Origin: a virus
Lineage: Duplodnaviria > Heunggongvirae > Uroviricota > Caudoviricetes
Virus record (IMG/VR): IMGVR_UViG_3300028888_000003
Strand: one strand, 5' to 3'
Length of the DNA: 47,370 nt
In this document: piece by piece, positions 32,560-43,861 of the stretch
Position numbering within the stretch: position 1 is the stretch's first letter
How the letters are laid out: every line of letters starts with the position of its first letter
The notes under the pieces: generated by a model
Told to the model about the DNA's origin: nothing
Seen by the model: only the letters and a program-made list of their open reading frames with translations
Databases searched by the model: none
Program-made: the position numbers and the translations under genes

Positions 32560-33711
32560 TTAGCTATTGTCTGCAATTACGAATGTAACTTTGTAAGCAG
32601 TTGTTCCTTTATTAAATTCTACCGTAGCCATAGTATTAGCTTCAATTAAACCATCAACAGTATCAAATGTCACTGCAGTACCAGCCGTCTGAGCATCCAT
32701 TGTTAACCAATTAGGAAGTGTGCTTGTAAGAGTGATAGGAGCAACAATATTGGGAGTACCAATAGTAATATCAGTATCGCCTTCAGTAATAATCTTAATA
32801 CCAAGATCAGTTACGTCACCAGTATCTCTACCTGCTTCAGCAATTGCATCTTCTATATCTGCACTCTCATTGCTCATATCAGGTACACCAAGTACATGGT
32901 TATGATAAATCTCAAGAGTCTCTGCAGTAGGATCTGCGCCACCAATAAGATCATATTTAACAAGCTTCATCATATCACCGCTTTCAGGACGAAGAACGTG
33001 AAGGTTCATATTAAATACTGAAGGATCGCCATCAGCTTCCATTGTGATAGTATTTTCAGAAGTGATCTTAGCCTTAGAAATAATGAACTGGAAGAATTCA
33101 TCGGTACCATCAGCCTATGATCTTGCAAAAGTATCGCCAACAACATAATAAGTACCAGGGAATGTACTAGCACCAATTTTAATCGCGGCGCCATCAGCAA
33201 GAAGGTCGTAAGAACAAAAATAAGTTTTACCTTCTTCAAAAGTAGTAAGATTAGTTACCTTACTTGCATCTTTAGTTTCACTTTCAGTAGCACTAAAGAA
33301 TTTAGGATTAATCTTAGTATATTCTTTTCCATCGGGGCCTTCAAACTTATCTTTCCAACCAGCTGTTGCAGCATCACCAGTAGCAATAGCCTTAAACTGC
33401 TCAGTTTTCATAATAAGACCATTTGTAAATTCATGGGCCTTACCATTACCAAAAAGAATAGCCATTGATTTAGCCGAGAAAAGAGCATCTTCAATAGTAA
33501 CATTTATATCTTTGTTATAGTCCCAAGAAATAAGAGCAACGTTACCTTTACCGCCATTTGCGGTAGCTTCATCAGCAGTCTGCTCGATAGTTGAAACCTT
33601 AAGAGTATCACAATAAAGTACAGGATAGGCAGGTTTACCATCAATTAACTGATAGAAAGTTACGTCAGCAACTTCTTTAATGCCATATCTAGAAAGAACA
33701 TCTATAGCCAT
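32560..33711 (-). CDS. Major tail (tube) protein with C-terminal extension (383 aa, single TAG at codon 199)
   Basis: RBS AAAGGAGG. Track ORFs 33115-33711 and 32560-33042 are in frame through FARS*ADGTDEFFQFII. A strong terminator follows. Confidence 0.82.
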
Positions 33712-33730
33712 AGCATATGACCTCCTTTAA

Positions 33731-34498
33731 TTATTTATCATTTTCCGACATCCAATATTTAGGTTTTATTTTTTTCGAATCTGCGCCTGCAAGCAAACTA
33801 TCAATATCCAAAGTATATTTTTCTTTCTTCTAATACTTTGTGGTAATAGTGCTAATGGCCGCATAACTCATCTCTCCAATATTAAGTGGGGTTAGACCAA
33901 TTCCCATACAACAAATTGATGCAAGAGAATTTATTAAACTATCTGTTTTTGCATTTTGTTTTGCTTTAATTCTATCTCTATAACGTGCTTTGGCTTTCAT
34001 ACGTCTCACGCGTGGATGCTAATTATAATCATAGGGTTCAACTTGATCTCTGCCCATTACTAGTCTAATTACATTCTAAAATTCAAAATAGGTCTCTGGA
34101 GTTAAAATTGGAAGCTAATCGAGACTCTCTAAATTCTAGAGTATCTCCTCTAAATTTCCAATTAAAAAGAATTCTTTTTCGGGAATAAAAGTTAATTCAG
34201 TATGAGTAAAAAATTGAAAGCCTTCTTTTACAATATCTAAATACTCTTGACTTGATTCACAAATTTTAGCAAGATACTAATATGGAGTTGGTATTTGTCC
34301 TTCTTTAATTGAAATTTCATCGTCTGCATTAAAAAGTTGATCTTCTATATCTTCCTAACTAATTGTTAATAATGAAAGAAATTTATTAAAGTCTGGAATA
34401 TCTAAAGTTTGATTAACTGTTGGTGGATATACTTTAAAAAGTCCTTTAAAATCAATTGGTAATCCTAAAAAGACTTTTTCAGCATTACTATTACTCAT
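33731..34498 (-). CDS. Tail-region protein, possible tail assembly chaperone (255 aa, 7 TAG)
   Basis: Continuous under code 15, TAA stop, located between the neck genes and the tail tube. The function is positional inference. Confidence 0.55.
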
Positions 34499-35153
34499 AG
34501 GCAATTAAATTGAACTCCTATTCATAACAAGATATTTCATCAGTTAAAAAGTTTACATCAAAATCTCCACCATCCAGCTTACCCAAGCCATTAATTGTCT
34601 TACCACTAAGACTTTCCTATACTTCTCCAAGAACTGCGAACGGCCGCAAATTATCGCTATTTATTAACCACTAAGTAAGTGGCACAAAAGACTCTACAAT
34701 TATTTTTACATTACGAAATTCACCATTTTCAGAATTACGATGACCATATACTACCTAAAGCGCAAGAATTGAATTTGCAGTTTCTTTTGGACCAACACGC
34801 GGCACTATTTTAATTAGTTTTTCAAAGATTTCTCCTTGACAAAAATTAGCATAGAAATCATATTTTTTTCTAACATAAGTACCATTTTCCTAATTAATAA
34901 ATTTTTTCTACTAGTCATCCCAAATGCAATCTCCAATTTCATCTTCGGTCAATACTACAAATTTATTCTACTAAATATCCCAAATTTTTTCTCCGCTATG
35001 CTTAGCGGGTCGAGTAATTATTTCTTCAAAATCATGTTCAAGCGGCGTTTTATCCGTATAATAAAGCAATTTAATCAAAGTACGATTGCTCATTAAGCGA
35101 GAAGCAATTGTTTTTAAGTTGTCTCCAATTTCTCTACAATTCCGTACTCCCAT
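34491..35153 (-). CDS. Putative tail-completion/terminator protein (220 aa, 9 TAG incl. two TAG-TAG pairs)
   Basis: LIKLLYYTDKTPL N-terminus, LRPFAVLGEV and KTINGLGKL C-terminus. TAA overlaps the next ATG. Confidence 0.55.
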
Positions 35154-35154
35154 A

Positions 35155-36129
35155 TTATTCCTCCTTTATCTGATCCATAAGCCAGAACCCCGCATCATTT
35201 TCTTCAACTTGTGGAGTAAAATCTGTAACTTGAGCTTCTCTTCTATAACCGCACTTAATACACTTACCCCAATCATCAAACTAATGTTGACAAGTAATTC
35301 CTATTTCACTAGCAGGTAAATTATCATGGTAATCCAACGCGAACTCATAAACAGGATCTATAGTTACATATTCTACACCATCTTGAGACTACATATCATA
35401 TCCCGTTACCCTATAAAATTCATCAAGAACCTTATGATTCTTTTCTTTATCAATTATAAAATAATCATCTTTTCTAACAAACTCATTAGCCGGCATAACA
35501 AAGAAACTCATTTTTAAATTTTCAGCATAAATCGGATCCATTCTAGACCTTGATCTAATTTCATCTTTTAACATATTATTTTCCTAACCATACATATATG
35601 CATAAGACCATCTATCAATTTTATCGCGATCTTTCCACTCTAAATAATGTGTCATTCTAAGCATTATATATCTGTTATATCCTTTCGCGCCAGAATCCTC
35701 TAAATAATATACCATCCAAGGCCTAACCACATCTTCTTCATTAATACGGTCAATTACTTCTTCTCTTAAATATGGACAAGGGCCACTAAATTGCGTTTCA
35801 GTATATTCAGTTTCTTCTGAATTTTCAACTTCACGCAAAAGTCCAATTGGATCAGGTAAAAATAGTAGTGTTCCATTAGGAATAACTACATCATATGGTG
35901 TTAATAAATAACGTAAAGTTTGCGTGTTATCCTACTTATATCTTTCAAAAGTAGCCGAAATGAGCCGAGGTTCTACCTCGGCCCTTTCTCTATAGTTAAA
36001 ATCTATACGATAAACAGACTTGAGTAGGCGCCGCGCAAATACTTCGCGTCTTTGGGTTAATATTCGTTCTTGGTAGTTGTTGCCATAACGATTAAGGCGT
36101 TTTAAATAAACGTCTTCATAATATCCCAT
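35155..36129 (-). CDS. Putative head-closure/neck protein (324 aa, 4 TAG)
   Basis: Three track ORFs share one frame joined at TAG. MGYYEDVYLKRL start and FYRVTGYD motif. Position in the neck module. Confidence 0.55.
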
Positions 36130-36133
36130 AATA

Positions 36134-36397
36134 TCACTTCCCTACTAATGTCATGCAATCAAAAATTGTTGAGCGAAAATACTCATATTTCAAAAATCGT
36201 AAAGTGTTTAATTTATAAAATAAAGTGTAATAGTTAATAGTTTTTTGTTCTTCAGAATACCCCATTAATTCAATCAAGATTGAATTAAGAAATTTCTCCC
36301 ATTCGCCACCTTTTTCAAATTCACAGAGTAATCCATAGAGTTTATTTTTTAACTTATTATTATATGCCTCTTGTATATTCTCATGAAGATCTATCAA
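36134..36397 (-). CDS. Hypothetical neck-region protein (87 aa)
   Basis: TTG start overlapping the upstream stop. No TAG. TGA stop. Confidence 0.65.
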   Translation of the reverse strand: MIDLHENIQEAYNNKLKNKLYGLLCEFEKGGEWEKFLNSILIELMGYSEEQKTINYYTLFYKLNTLRFLKYEYFRSTIFDCMTLVGK

Positions 36398-36822
36398 GAT
36401 GGATCTCCAGAAAGTTTAGTATAATCCCAAGGAACATAGTGAATTGAACGATAATAAAGTGATTCAAGCTTTAAACCACGCTTACGTTCAATTTCAAGAG
36501 CGTCATATAATTTACTAAGCATATTAGCCTCAGAGAAATCCTTTTCTTCATATAATGGTTTAATACGCTCCCAAGTTAAAATTTCTCTATTTAACCATTC
36601 ACACTTCATATAGGTAGATAATATTTGAATTTCTTCATTTCCAAGATCTCCAACAAAATTATCACCATCTATATCAATACTAACACGAGGGAATTTAAAA
36701 TATGCACAAGCACCCGCAAGAAGTTGTTTTAAATCTTCATTAAGACCTTCTTGCTAATAGAATTCATCATCCAACATTTTTGCTAAAAAAGCATCGTATA
36801 CTTTTTGTACGGGGGTACCCAT
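36394..36822 (-). CDS. Putative head-tail adaptor (142 aa, 1 TAG)
   Basis: RBS GGGAGG and ATG 36822. MGTPVQKVYDAFLAKM...EEIQILSTYMKCEWL...KDFSEAN. TAG at 36754-36756. Confidence 0.6.
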
Positions 36823-36837
36823 TTAAAATCCCTCCCA

Positions 36838-37317
36838 TTAGTTATTATTGTCTGCTCTATTTAATTCAATTGTTTTAATTATATCACGTTCTGTTAACTG
36901 TTTTAAAATTGTAGCTTTATCGTAATTAATAAGTTCATTATCAATCGCATAGTCTACAAGATTATTCAGTTCATTTGCACCTAATTTCATGCAAGCCTAC
37001 TTAAATTCTGCAACAGGCATTACTGTAAGATAACGCTTTTTCTGTGCATCATTTAATACAATAATATTTTCAGGCTGCTTTGCATCAGGACTTTCAAGTC
37101 CAAGTTCAATTTTAGCTTCCATATCATCAATATAAAGAATACCTTTAGTAAGCATATTCCAAACGCCAACATTATATGAAAGTTCACGAAGAGTATCAAA
37201 TTCGATTTGACGAATTGTACCTTTTCTTTCCCAAGTTCTTGAAAAACGAACCTGCGGATCATCAATTGCTACCATAGCATCTACTGTGCTAACTACATTA
37301 ATTTTTCTATTTTCCAT
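36838..37317 (-). CDS. Hypothetical protein downstream of the capsid gene (159 aa, 1 TAG)
   Basis: RBS AAAGGAG. Readthrough of TAG 36997-36999 reaches TAA at 36838. Confidence 0.7.
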
Positions 37318-37349
37318 AATAATTCTCCTTTTTCTCCTAAAAATTTTGT

Positions 37350-37380
37350 TAGGGGAGAGGAGATCCCTCCCCTCCCCTTA
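37350..37380 (-). terminator. Hairpin after the major capsid gene (terminator or mRNA stabiliser)
   Basis: AGGGGAGGGGA...TCCTCTCCCCT stem, but with no clean adjacent U-tract. Confidence 0.45.
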
Positions 37381-37389
37381 GTTATTTAA

Positions 37390-38526
37390 TTAAAGACCAA
37401 GACCAAAGTTTTCATTCAGTTTGTCACCCGCATATGTAGGAACAGCGGTATTGCCGGTTTCACCAATAGTAGTACCAATATAACCATTAGCATCAACATC
37501 AAGAGCAGTATTATGATATACACCCCAATTATGATAAGTTAAGATACCAACACCAATCTTTTTGTAGATATTAATCTCAATTGACTGATCAGTATTAACA
37601 TAATCCCAAACCTGAGTCGCACCTTCAAATACGACTTTAACAACTTTGTCTCCGCCAGTGGGAAGAACATAAGCAAAAGCAGGATCAATGTAAACTTCTT
37701 CATTTCTTTCATCAACAAATGACTGAGGAATTTCTACAATAGGAGTACCACGGAAAATCCTAATTCTACCAGTATTATGAATATCCTCAATATCACCAGG
37801 ATATACTGCAATATTAGGAGTATTGGTAGCACCAAGGCCGATAACAAAAGCATCGGGGCCCATAGCTTCAATAAATTCACCAGTAGCAAAGATAACAGCA
37901 TCAGTGCCATAAGCTTTTACTGTACCAATAATTCTCTGCATAATATTTGCTTGGAATGTAGAAGTAATAGCCTTATTTCTCGCAGGCATTCTAGCACTAG
38001 CAATAGCAGCTTTGAGCGCTCTTTGAACTTCAAGGTAAACAGCTTCTTCAAGACCTTCATAAATAATTTCCATGAGTTCGTTGATATTCTCAGCGCCATC
38101 AAGGAATCTTTCAAAGTCAAGTCTTGCAGCTCCGCCAATGGCGTGTGCTCTTACTTCGAAGGTATCAGTATCAAGACGGAAGGTCTCATAAACACCAGAA
38201 AGACCAACTTGAGTAATGAATTTCTTCGCACGATTTCTGCCAAGACGGCCTCTCTTGAACATAGCTCTCTGACCTTGACCAACGGTCTGGATTTCAGCAA
38301 ATTGACCAAGAACGTCAATAGCTTTCTTAGGAACGATTTCATCAGCAGTTTCAATTATAATTTCATAAAGATCATATTTATTCTTCATGAACTGATTAAC
38401 TGAACCACACATATCTTTAATTTCTGCAGCATACGCAGTAGCTACATCTTCACGAGTAAAGTTTGCAGGAGCAGTACCTTTAGCAACGTGAAGAGCCATT
38501 TCTTTTAATTCTTTAATAGTTGCCAT
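37390..38526 (-). CDS. Major capsid protein (378 aa, no TAG)
   Basis: RBS AAGGAGG, position after scaffold and decoration genes, size, and HK97-like features (GLSGVYETFRLD, IFRGTPIVEIPQSF). A hairpin follows. Confidence 0.85.
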   Translation of the reverse strand: MATIKELKEMALHVAKGTAPANFTREDVATAYAAEIKDMCGSVNQFMKNKYDLYEIIIETADEIVPKKAIDVLGQFAEIQTVGQGQRAMFKRGRLGRNRAKKFITQVGLSGVYETFRLDTDTFEVRAHAIGGAARLDFERFLDGAENINELMEIIYEGLEEAVYLEVQRALKAAIASARMPARNKAITSTFQANIMQRIIGTVKAYGTDAVIFATGEFIEAMGPDAFVIGLGATNTPNIAVYPGDIEDIHNTGRIRIFRGTPIVEIPQSFVDERNEEVYIDPAFAYVLPTGGDKVVKVVFEGATQVWDYVNTDQSIEINIYKKIGVGILTYHNWGVYHNTALDVDANGYIGTTIGETGNTAVPTYAGDKLNENFGLGL

Positions 38527-38545
38527 ATCAATGTACCTCCTTCAA

Positions 38546-39145
38546 TTAAGCTTTTACAATCATAATCTTGTAAGCAGGATCAATACCATTAGGACATGTT
38601 GCATTTTTGTCAACAATCTTACCAATGGGACCAGCATAATTGGTACCCGGCTTAGTATTAGTCCAATAACCATCAAGACCAGCATAGACAAGATCGTCAT
38701 TATCAAGATTATCTTCTTTTACACAATTGGTAGTAAATCTATCGCCAACAGCAAGATAGCCAAGACGGGGATAAAAATCATCATAACCCATCATGTCATA
38801 AGAACTATCAGCAGGGAATAAGCAGAACTTATTTAACTGAGGAGTTCTTTCATCATACATATGCTCTGTAGAGTAATTAAGGGCATAAACATCGCCTTCT
38901 TCATCATCGGCAGTAGCAAAAGTAACATAACCATTAGCTTTATCTACTTTAAGAATCATACCAACTTCGCAAGGAGTATCGGTAGCATGAGTGCCAGTAG
39001 TGCGTTTTGCTTGGCCCGCTCTACCAAAAACATCTTTATCGAGAGGAAGCTGTGCTTCAATTCTGCCATCACGAGGAAAAGCTACCTGATTAAGTTCAAG
39101 TACAGCATAGCCTCTTCCAGCATTTAACTTTGCCATATAAATCAA
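38546..39145 (-). CDS. Capsid decoration/stabilising-type protein (199 aa, no TAG)
   Basis: Lies between scaffold and MCP. YAVLELNQVAF.RDGRIEAQ and PRLGYL..GD.FTTN patterns. Confidence 0.6.
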   Translation of the reverse strand: MIYMAKLNAGRGYAVLELNQVAFPRDGRIEAQLPLDKDVFGRAGQAKRTTGTHATDTPCEVGMILKVDKANGYVTFATADDEEGDVYALNYSTEHMYDERTPQLNKFCLFPADSSYDMMGYDDFYPRLGYLAVGDRFTTNCVKEDNLDNDDLVYAGLDGYWTNTKPGTNYAGPIGKIVDKNATCPNGIDPAYKIMIVKA

Positions 39146-39156
39146 CCTCCATAAAA

Positions 39157-40551
39157 TTATTTCTTATGTTTCGAGATAATTGCCTCTATACCAGTAAGAG
39201 GAGTTTCTTTTGGAACCCTGCCACCTTCACCATCGTCATCCTTGTTAAATAATGAAGGATTCGATTTAACAAGTTCAAAGGCTAAACTCTTTTCAAGCTC
39301 TTCCGCAGAAACCGCAGTTTCAGCAGAATAATTACTAATAATTTCTGGAGCAAGTTGCTCTGCATATTTATCAATAATTGCTTGTCTCTGAGCTTTTTCA
39401 ATTGCTAATTTATACTCTTTTAAACCTTCAAGTTCTGCGTTAACCGCTTCAAGAGTCTGGTTAGCAGTTTCAAGTTCAGTTTTAGAGAGATTAAATTGTT
39501 CCTCAAGTTCATTCTTCTCTGTACTTAAAGTGGCAAATTCAGTTTCTTTCTCTTTAATTTTCGTCTCAAATTCAGAAACTTTTGTTTCTAAATCAGGAAT
39601 CTTAGAGAAAGTTTCATCAATTTTTTCAAAACTCTCACCATTCATAGCTTTAACAACTTTTAGAGCGGCGAGTTCACTCTCAGTTACATCGAGAATATAA
39701 GTAGTTTCAAAATCACCAAGAACTACATTATCTTCGTCTTTAGTATAACTTACTCTAACATATGAATTATTCTCTAAATCATAAACAAGAGCATAGTCAT
39801 CATAGACTTCACAAATCGCATACTTAAATACCCATTCCTCGCCATCTTCTGATACGGGATTTAAAAGGTTAAAAAGTTGCTCATATTTCTGTGAATCGGA
39901 GAGCTTAAAAGTAAGTTTGTTCATTTTAACGTCTCCTCCTAATTCATAGTTTTCAAAAGTTTTTTCAAGCACTTTTAATTTCTCAAAAGCTTGTTTAACT
40001 TTATCATTAAGAGTAAAGAAAGCGGCGCCTTCAAAACAAGGCTCTACTTCATCACCCAAAACCTGTAGGCCGAAAAAGCATCCATCAGTAAACTGGAAGG
40101 CTTTATGGCCTTCAATATTGATCCAAATACCTTTAATTGAGGGTGGATATAATTCCATTGATTCGGGTTTATCCAGTATTTCACCCGCCTCTTTATAAAG
40201 TGCAGTATAAATCAATACATCACAGCAAGCATACACTCTACATTGTCCATCTTCATCCAAATTCGTCTCCCAAGAAACATTAGGATTCTCGGGCACGACT
40301 CCATAAATTCTTCCTTCGGAATTAGCCATACCGTGTGTGGAATAATCTTCTTCCTCTTGTAGGTAAATTCCTTTAATTGGAGTGTATGGTAAAGTTTGTA
40401 AAAGTTTCTCTGCAAATTCATCTGTAATATAACTACCATTTCGATTTAAACCTTTATAAAAAATTCTACAACGAGCCATAGAAGTTGTTTCATTTCTTTT
40501 AGTTAAATCTCCATAAATTTGAACAGAGAAGTTTAATAGTGAATTATTCAT
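39157..40551 (-). CDS. Prohead protease/scaffold fusion (464 aa, no TAG)
   Basis: N-terminal domain RIFYKGLNRNGS...ESMEL...FFGLQVLG...PCFEGA, followed by a long acidic coiled coil. Located between portal and capsid. Confidence 0.75.
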   Translation of the reverse strand: MNNSLLNFSVQIYGDLTKRNETTSMARCRIFYKGLNRNGSYITDEFAEKLLQTLPYTPIKGIYLQEEEDYSTHGMANSEGRIYGVVPENPNVSWETNLDEDGQCRVYACCDVLIYTALYKEAGEILDKPESMELYPPSIKGIWINIEGHKAFQFTDGCFFGLQVLGDEVEPCFEGAAFFTLNDKVKQAFEKLKVLEKTFENYELGGDVKMNKLTFKLSDSQKYEQLFNLLNPVSEDGEEWVFKYAICEVYDDYALVYDLENNSYVRVSYTKDEDNVVLGDFETTYILDVTESELAALKVVKAMNGESFEKIDETFSKIPDLETKVSEFETKIKEKETEFATLSTEKNELEEQFNLSKTELETANQTLEAVNAELEGLKEYKLAIEKAQRQAIIDKYAEQLAPEIISNYSAETAVSAEELEKSLAFELVKSNPSLFNKDDDGEGGRVPKETPLTGIEAIISKHKK

Positions 40552-40567
40552 TTATAGAACCTCCCTG

Positions 40568-42049
40568 TTATTCGCTATTATTACTATTATCTTTAGCTTT
40601 TTCGTTTGCTTCAGTTTTGGGACTTAATTCTGATGGATCTTTTTTCGGTCTACCGACCGATCCAGTGCCATCTCCGCTTTGAGTGTATGAAGACGAAAGT
40701 GGGATTAGCATTTCACCAAGTTCCAAAACGTCATTTTCTAATTCTTTTAATCCAGAAAGTTCTCTCTAAGAAACTCCCATAGCAATAGCAGGTAATAAGT
40801 AACTATATCCCGATTGCGCGAGCTTAAACATTTCATCGGTATAATCGTTTTCAGTATAAATGCTTACTGGTAACATTTTATACTTAAATACGACATTTGT
40901 ATTTCCATAAAACTTATTAATTGCTGTAGTAATAAAATTTTCAATCTTATGACCTAAAATCATCATCATAGCAATGTCATTTTTTATGGAAAACAAAAGA
41001 GTTAAATTACTTGTAGATGCAAACAATTCAACACTAACACCAACTTGTCCATAAACATTTTTCAACATTTTGTCTAAGTTAGTAGTAACATTATCATTAG
41101 ATGTTTTAGAAACAATCGCATCTACATCACCATAAGTGGTCATTACACTTACATTGCCATTGCCTTTCAGCATATTAACTGCACCTTTATGCATTAATGC
41201 AACTTCTTCGGGTTCAAATAATAATTGACCATCATTTAAATGCGGTATTTTTTGAACTATAATCTTACGAATTTCTTCAAGATCTCTTGCCTTTTCGGTA
41301 TCAACCGCAGTATCATAATCCATACAAGCTGGAAGAATATCTAATAAAAGCGGCCGCATAGTCTCAAAGAATGAGAAACATACAGAAATCTCAGGATCAA
41401 GGAATATCCATTTTGAAGCTAACTTACCATTTTTATATTTACGATAAGCTTTGGCAACATCTTTTGGATAGCTATTTAAAGCCTTTTTTCTACTCTCCTC
41501 ATCCGTAATTGAGTCAAAATATTCCACATTAAACTCAATCAAATTATCGCCTTCGGGAGTCTTAAAACGCGATACACAATATGATGCGGGCAGAGTCATT
41601 ATTGACATGGTTTTTTTATCAAATCGTTTTAAAATTCCATAATAACAACCATCAACTAAGACTCTTAAAGAAATGTCTGTGCAAATAATTGGAAGTTTCA
41701 TTTGATCTACATATTCTACTGCACCAAAATATTTTTTTTTGATATGATCGGTGGAGAGACGATTACCATAAGTTGGGGTCGGAATTACTATACCAACATA
41801 TTTTAGCAAAGTAGCATAATAGATAATGATCCTTCTATATAAGCAGTCTTTCTCAAAAAAATTTCTCGAAAGAGCTAACTGCTAATCTAAATTACCGCTT
41901 TCAATTATTTTTTTAACTTCTTCTAAAGTATAGTCTTTAATTTTATCAACCTAGCGATTAATACTATATTTCCCTTTATAAGCGGTATCATTAAGGGCAA
42001 TCATATTGTTAAGAGCTTCTGTAAATTTAGTCAAATCTCTTTTTTCCAT
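40568..42049 (-). CDS. Portal protein (493 aa, 3 TAG)
   Basis: Follows the terminase. C-terminal LKELENDVL.L..MLIPLSSSYTQSG...GRPKK. TAG at 41951, 41882 and 40766, TAA at 40568. Confidence 0.82.
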
Positions 42050-42052
42050 TTA

Positions 42053-43861
42053 TCAAAGCCCTCCAGTAAAAAATATTAGTTGACGTTCGCCGACTTTACT
42101 ACGTCGATTACGTTTCTATAAGTCTTCTTCCATTTCTTTAATTCTCCATAATCCATATTCAAAAGAAGAAAATTTATCTTTGGGAATTGCAGTATTAATT
42201 TTTTCAAGAGCTATTTCATTTGTAATACCTGTCTTTTTTAATCGTAAATTACAAATTTCTTGAATTAAAGAAGAAGTCATTTTATGCGGCATTAATCTTT
42301 CAACTCTCTAATACGCACTCATTTTCTGTCCAGTTTTTGTAGCAAGTAATTCAGCTTTTGCTTGCTGCTCAGAAATCAAAAAATTTACAAGTCCTTTTGC
42401 AACACGAGTATATGCATTGCTATGCATATTAGAATTAATTTTAGCATTAGCTTTAATACCATATAAAATCTTAGGAGCATTTTTAGGCTAAATCTTTAAA
42501 TAATTTTCATCATTTGAAAAACCATAAGCGGGATATACTACACCATTTTCATCAACTGATTCAACTACCATTTCATCAGCAATACCAACGCCTAAACCAT
42601 TGGTATCTATAACTACTTCAACTGGATTAAAATCGGCAATTATCTTTTTAAGATCAATTGCTTGACGCTAAAATGCTTTTGTCTTGCTTTCTCTACCAAG
42701 CACAAATAAATTAACTAAAGTAGAACGATAAATCCCTTGAGCAGTTATATTAACTCTAAAAACGCATACTACTGTCTAGTCTTTTAATCGACCTACGTCT
42801 ACTGATAATATGTAGAATTGATTAGCATTGTTTCCACTTTTTGCGTGCAATTCTGGATTTTTTATTTTGCGGTGACGCGTAAGCTAGTCAAAATTAAACC
42901 AACTATCATCACTACCGCCATCCCAAAGACTTAAATATTCCTGAGCGAAAGATTGCTCATCAAAAGAAGAAGACATTTTAAGTTTATCTATATAATCTTT
43001 AGTCAATAGTCCATGCTTCATTGGAACACGGTAATCGCAACCAAAAACAAAAGTTCCTTTAGGATTAATAATTGCATCTTCTAATAAGTCAATTAAAACT
43101 GCATATGCATAAGTTGATTTTGAGCCTGCTGATGTCATATAAATTCTTTGCTAATTTGGCTCTTTAGGGTTAACCGTGCCATCAGGAAGACGTCTTGATA
43201 CGTTTAAGAAAGGATAAACAACTTTTTCAAGCTCGTCACCATCATGATCGCGCACCTCGTCGATAAGACCACCGTTTTTACGACCACCACGGGCCGCATC
43301 GCCAGTGCCAACAACAGTAAAAATAGAACCATTTTTAAATCTCAATTCAACATAATCTTTACCAAAGTTACCAGGAATTTCATCCTATTCCCAGCCCTAA
43401 ATTTCTTTTTTAATAAGCGGCCACCGCTCGTAAATTTCAACAATTTTCTCTTTTGCAATTGAAGCAGACTGTGTTTTAAAGGGCGCCGCAATAAAGCGTT
43501 TAGTTCTAGGAATAAAAATACACTATAAAATTAATCCAAGTATTGTTAAAAATGATTTAGCAAAAGCACGAGGTGCGGTACAATATACATCCTTATATCG
43601 CATAATTGCGCGCAGTAGCATTCTTTGATAGGGGAATAAATTAGTTTTATTTTCTGGGTTCTAAATTAAGTCCAAATAAATATCAGGATATGCACTAAAA
43701 ATCTCGCATAGATGCTCAAATTTTCTTCTATGCAAGTTAATATAATCTGGTGTTAAAACGGCACCTTTTTCAACTCTAATTCCATCTCGTTCAATTAAAT
43801 ATTTTCGCTAAACACCATTCTCTAAATCTTCCTAAGTTCTTGGAATTAAAATATTACTCAT
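42053..43861 (-). CDS. terL: Terminase large subunit (~602 aa, about 13 TAG)
   Basis: Walker A TAPRAFAKS, Walker B GLIDEVRD, coupling motif YMTSAG, nuclease SVDVGR, VIDTNGLG and KDKFSS. Start is ambiguous among ATGs at 43861-43870. Confidence 0.88.

Noticed and set aside
31678-34498. Lambda G/GT-type -1 frameshift chaperone pair before the tape measure
   Set aside because: The gene before TMP is a tail-tube paralogue, and I found no correctly phased slippery heptamer with an open -1 frame near the end of 33731-34498.
37777-38403. 208-aa plus-strand ORF and other antisense or off-frame track ORFs (e.g. 1142-1387, 2951-3259, 7082-7545, 24967-25161, 28386-28727, 44111-44305, 44510-44698)
   Set aside because: They are shadows of well-supported genes and have no RBS or recognisable motifs.
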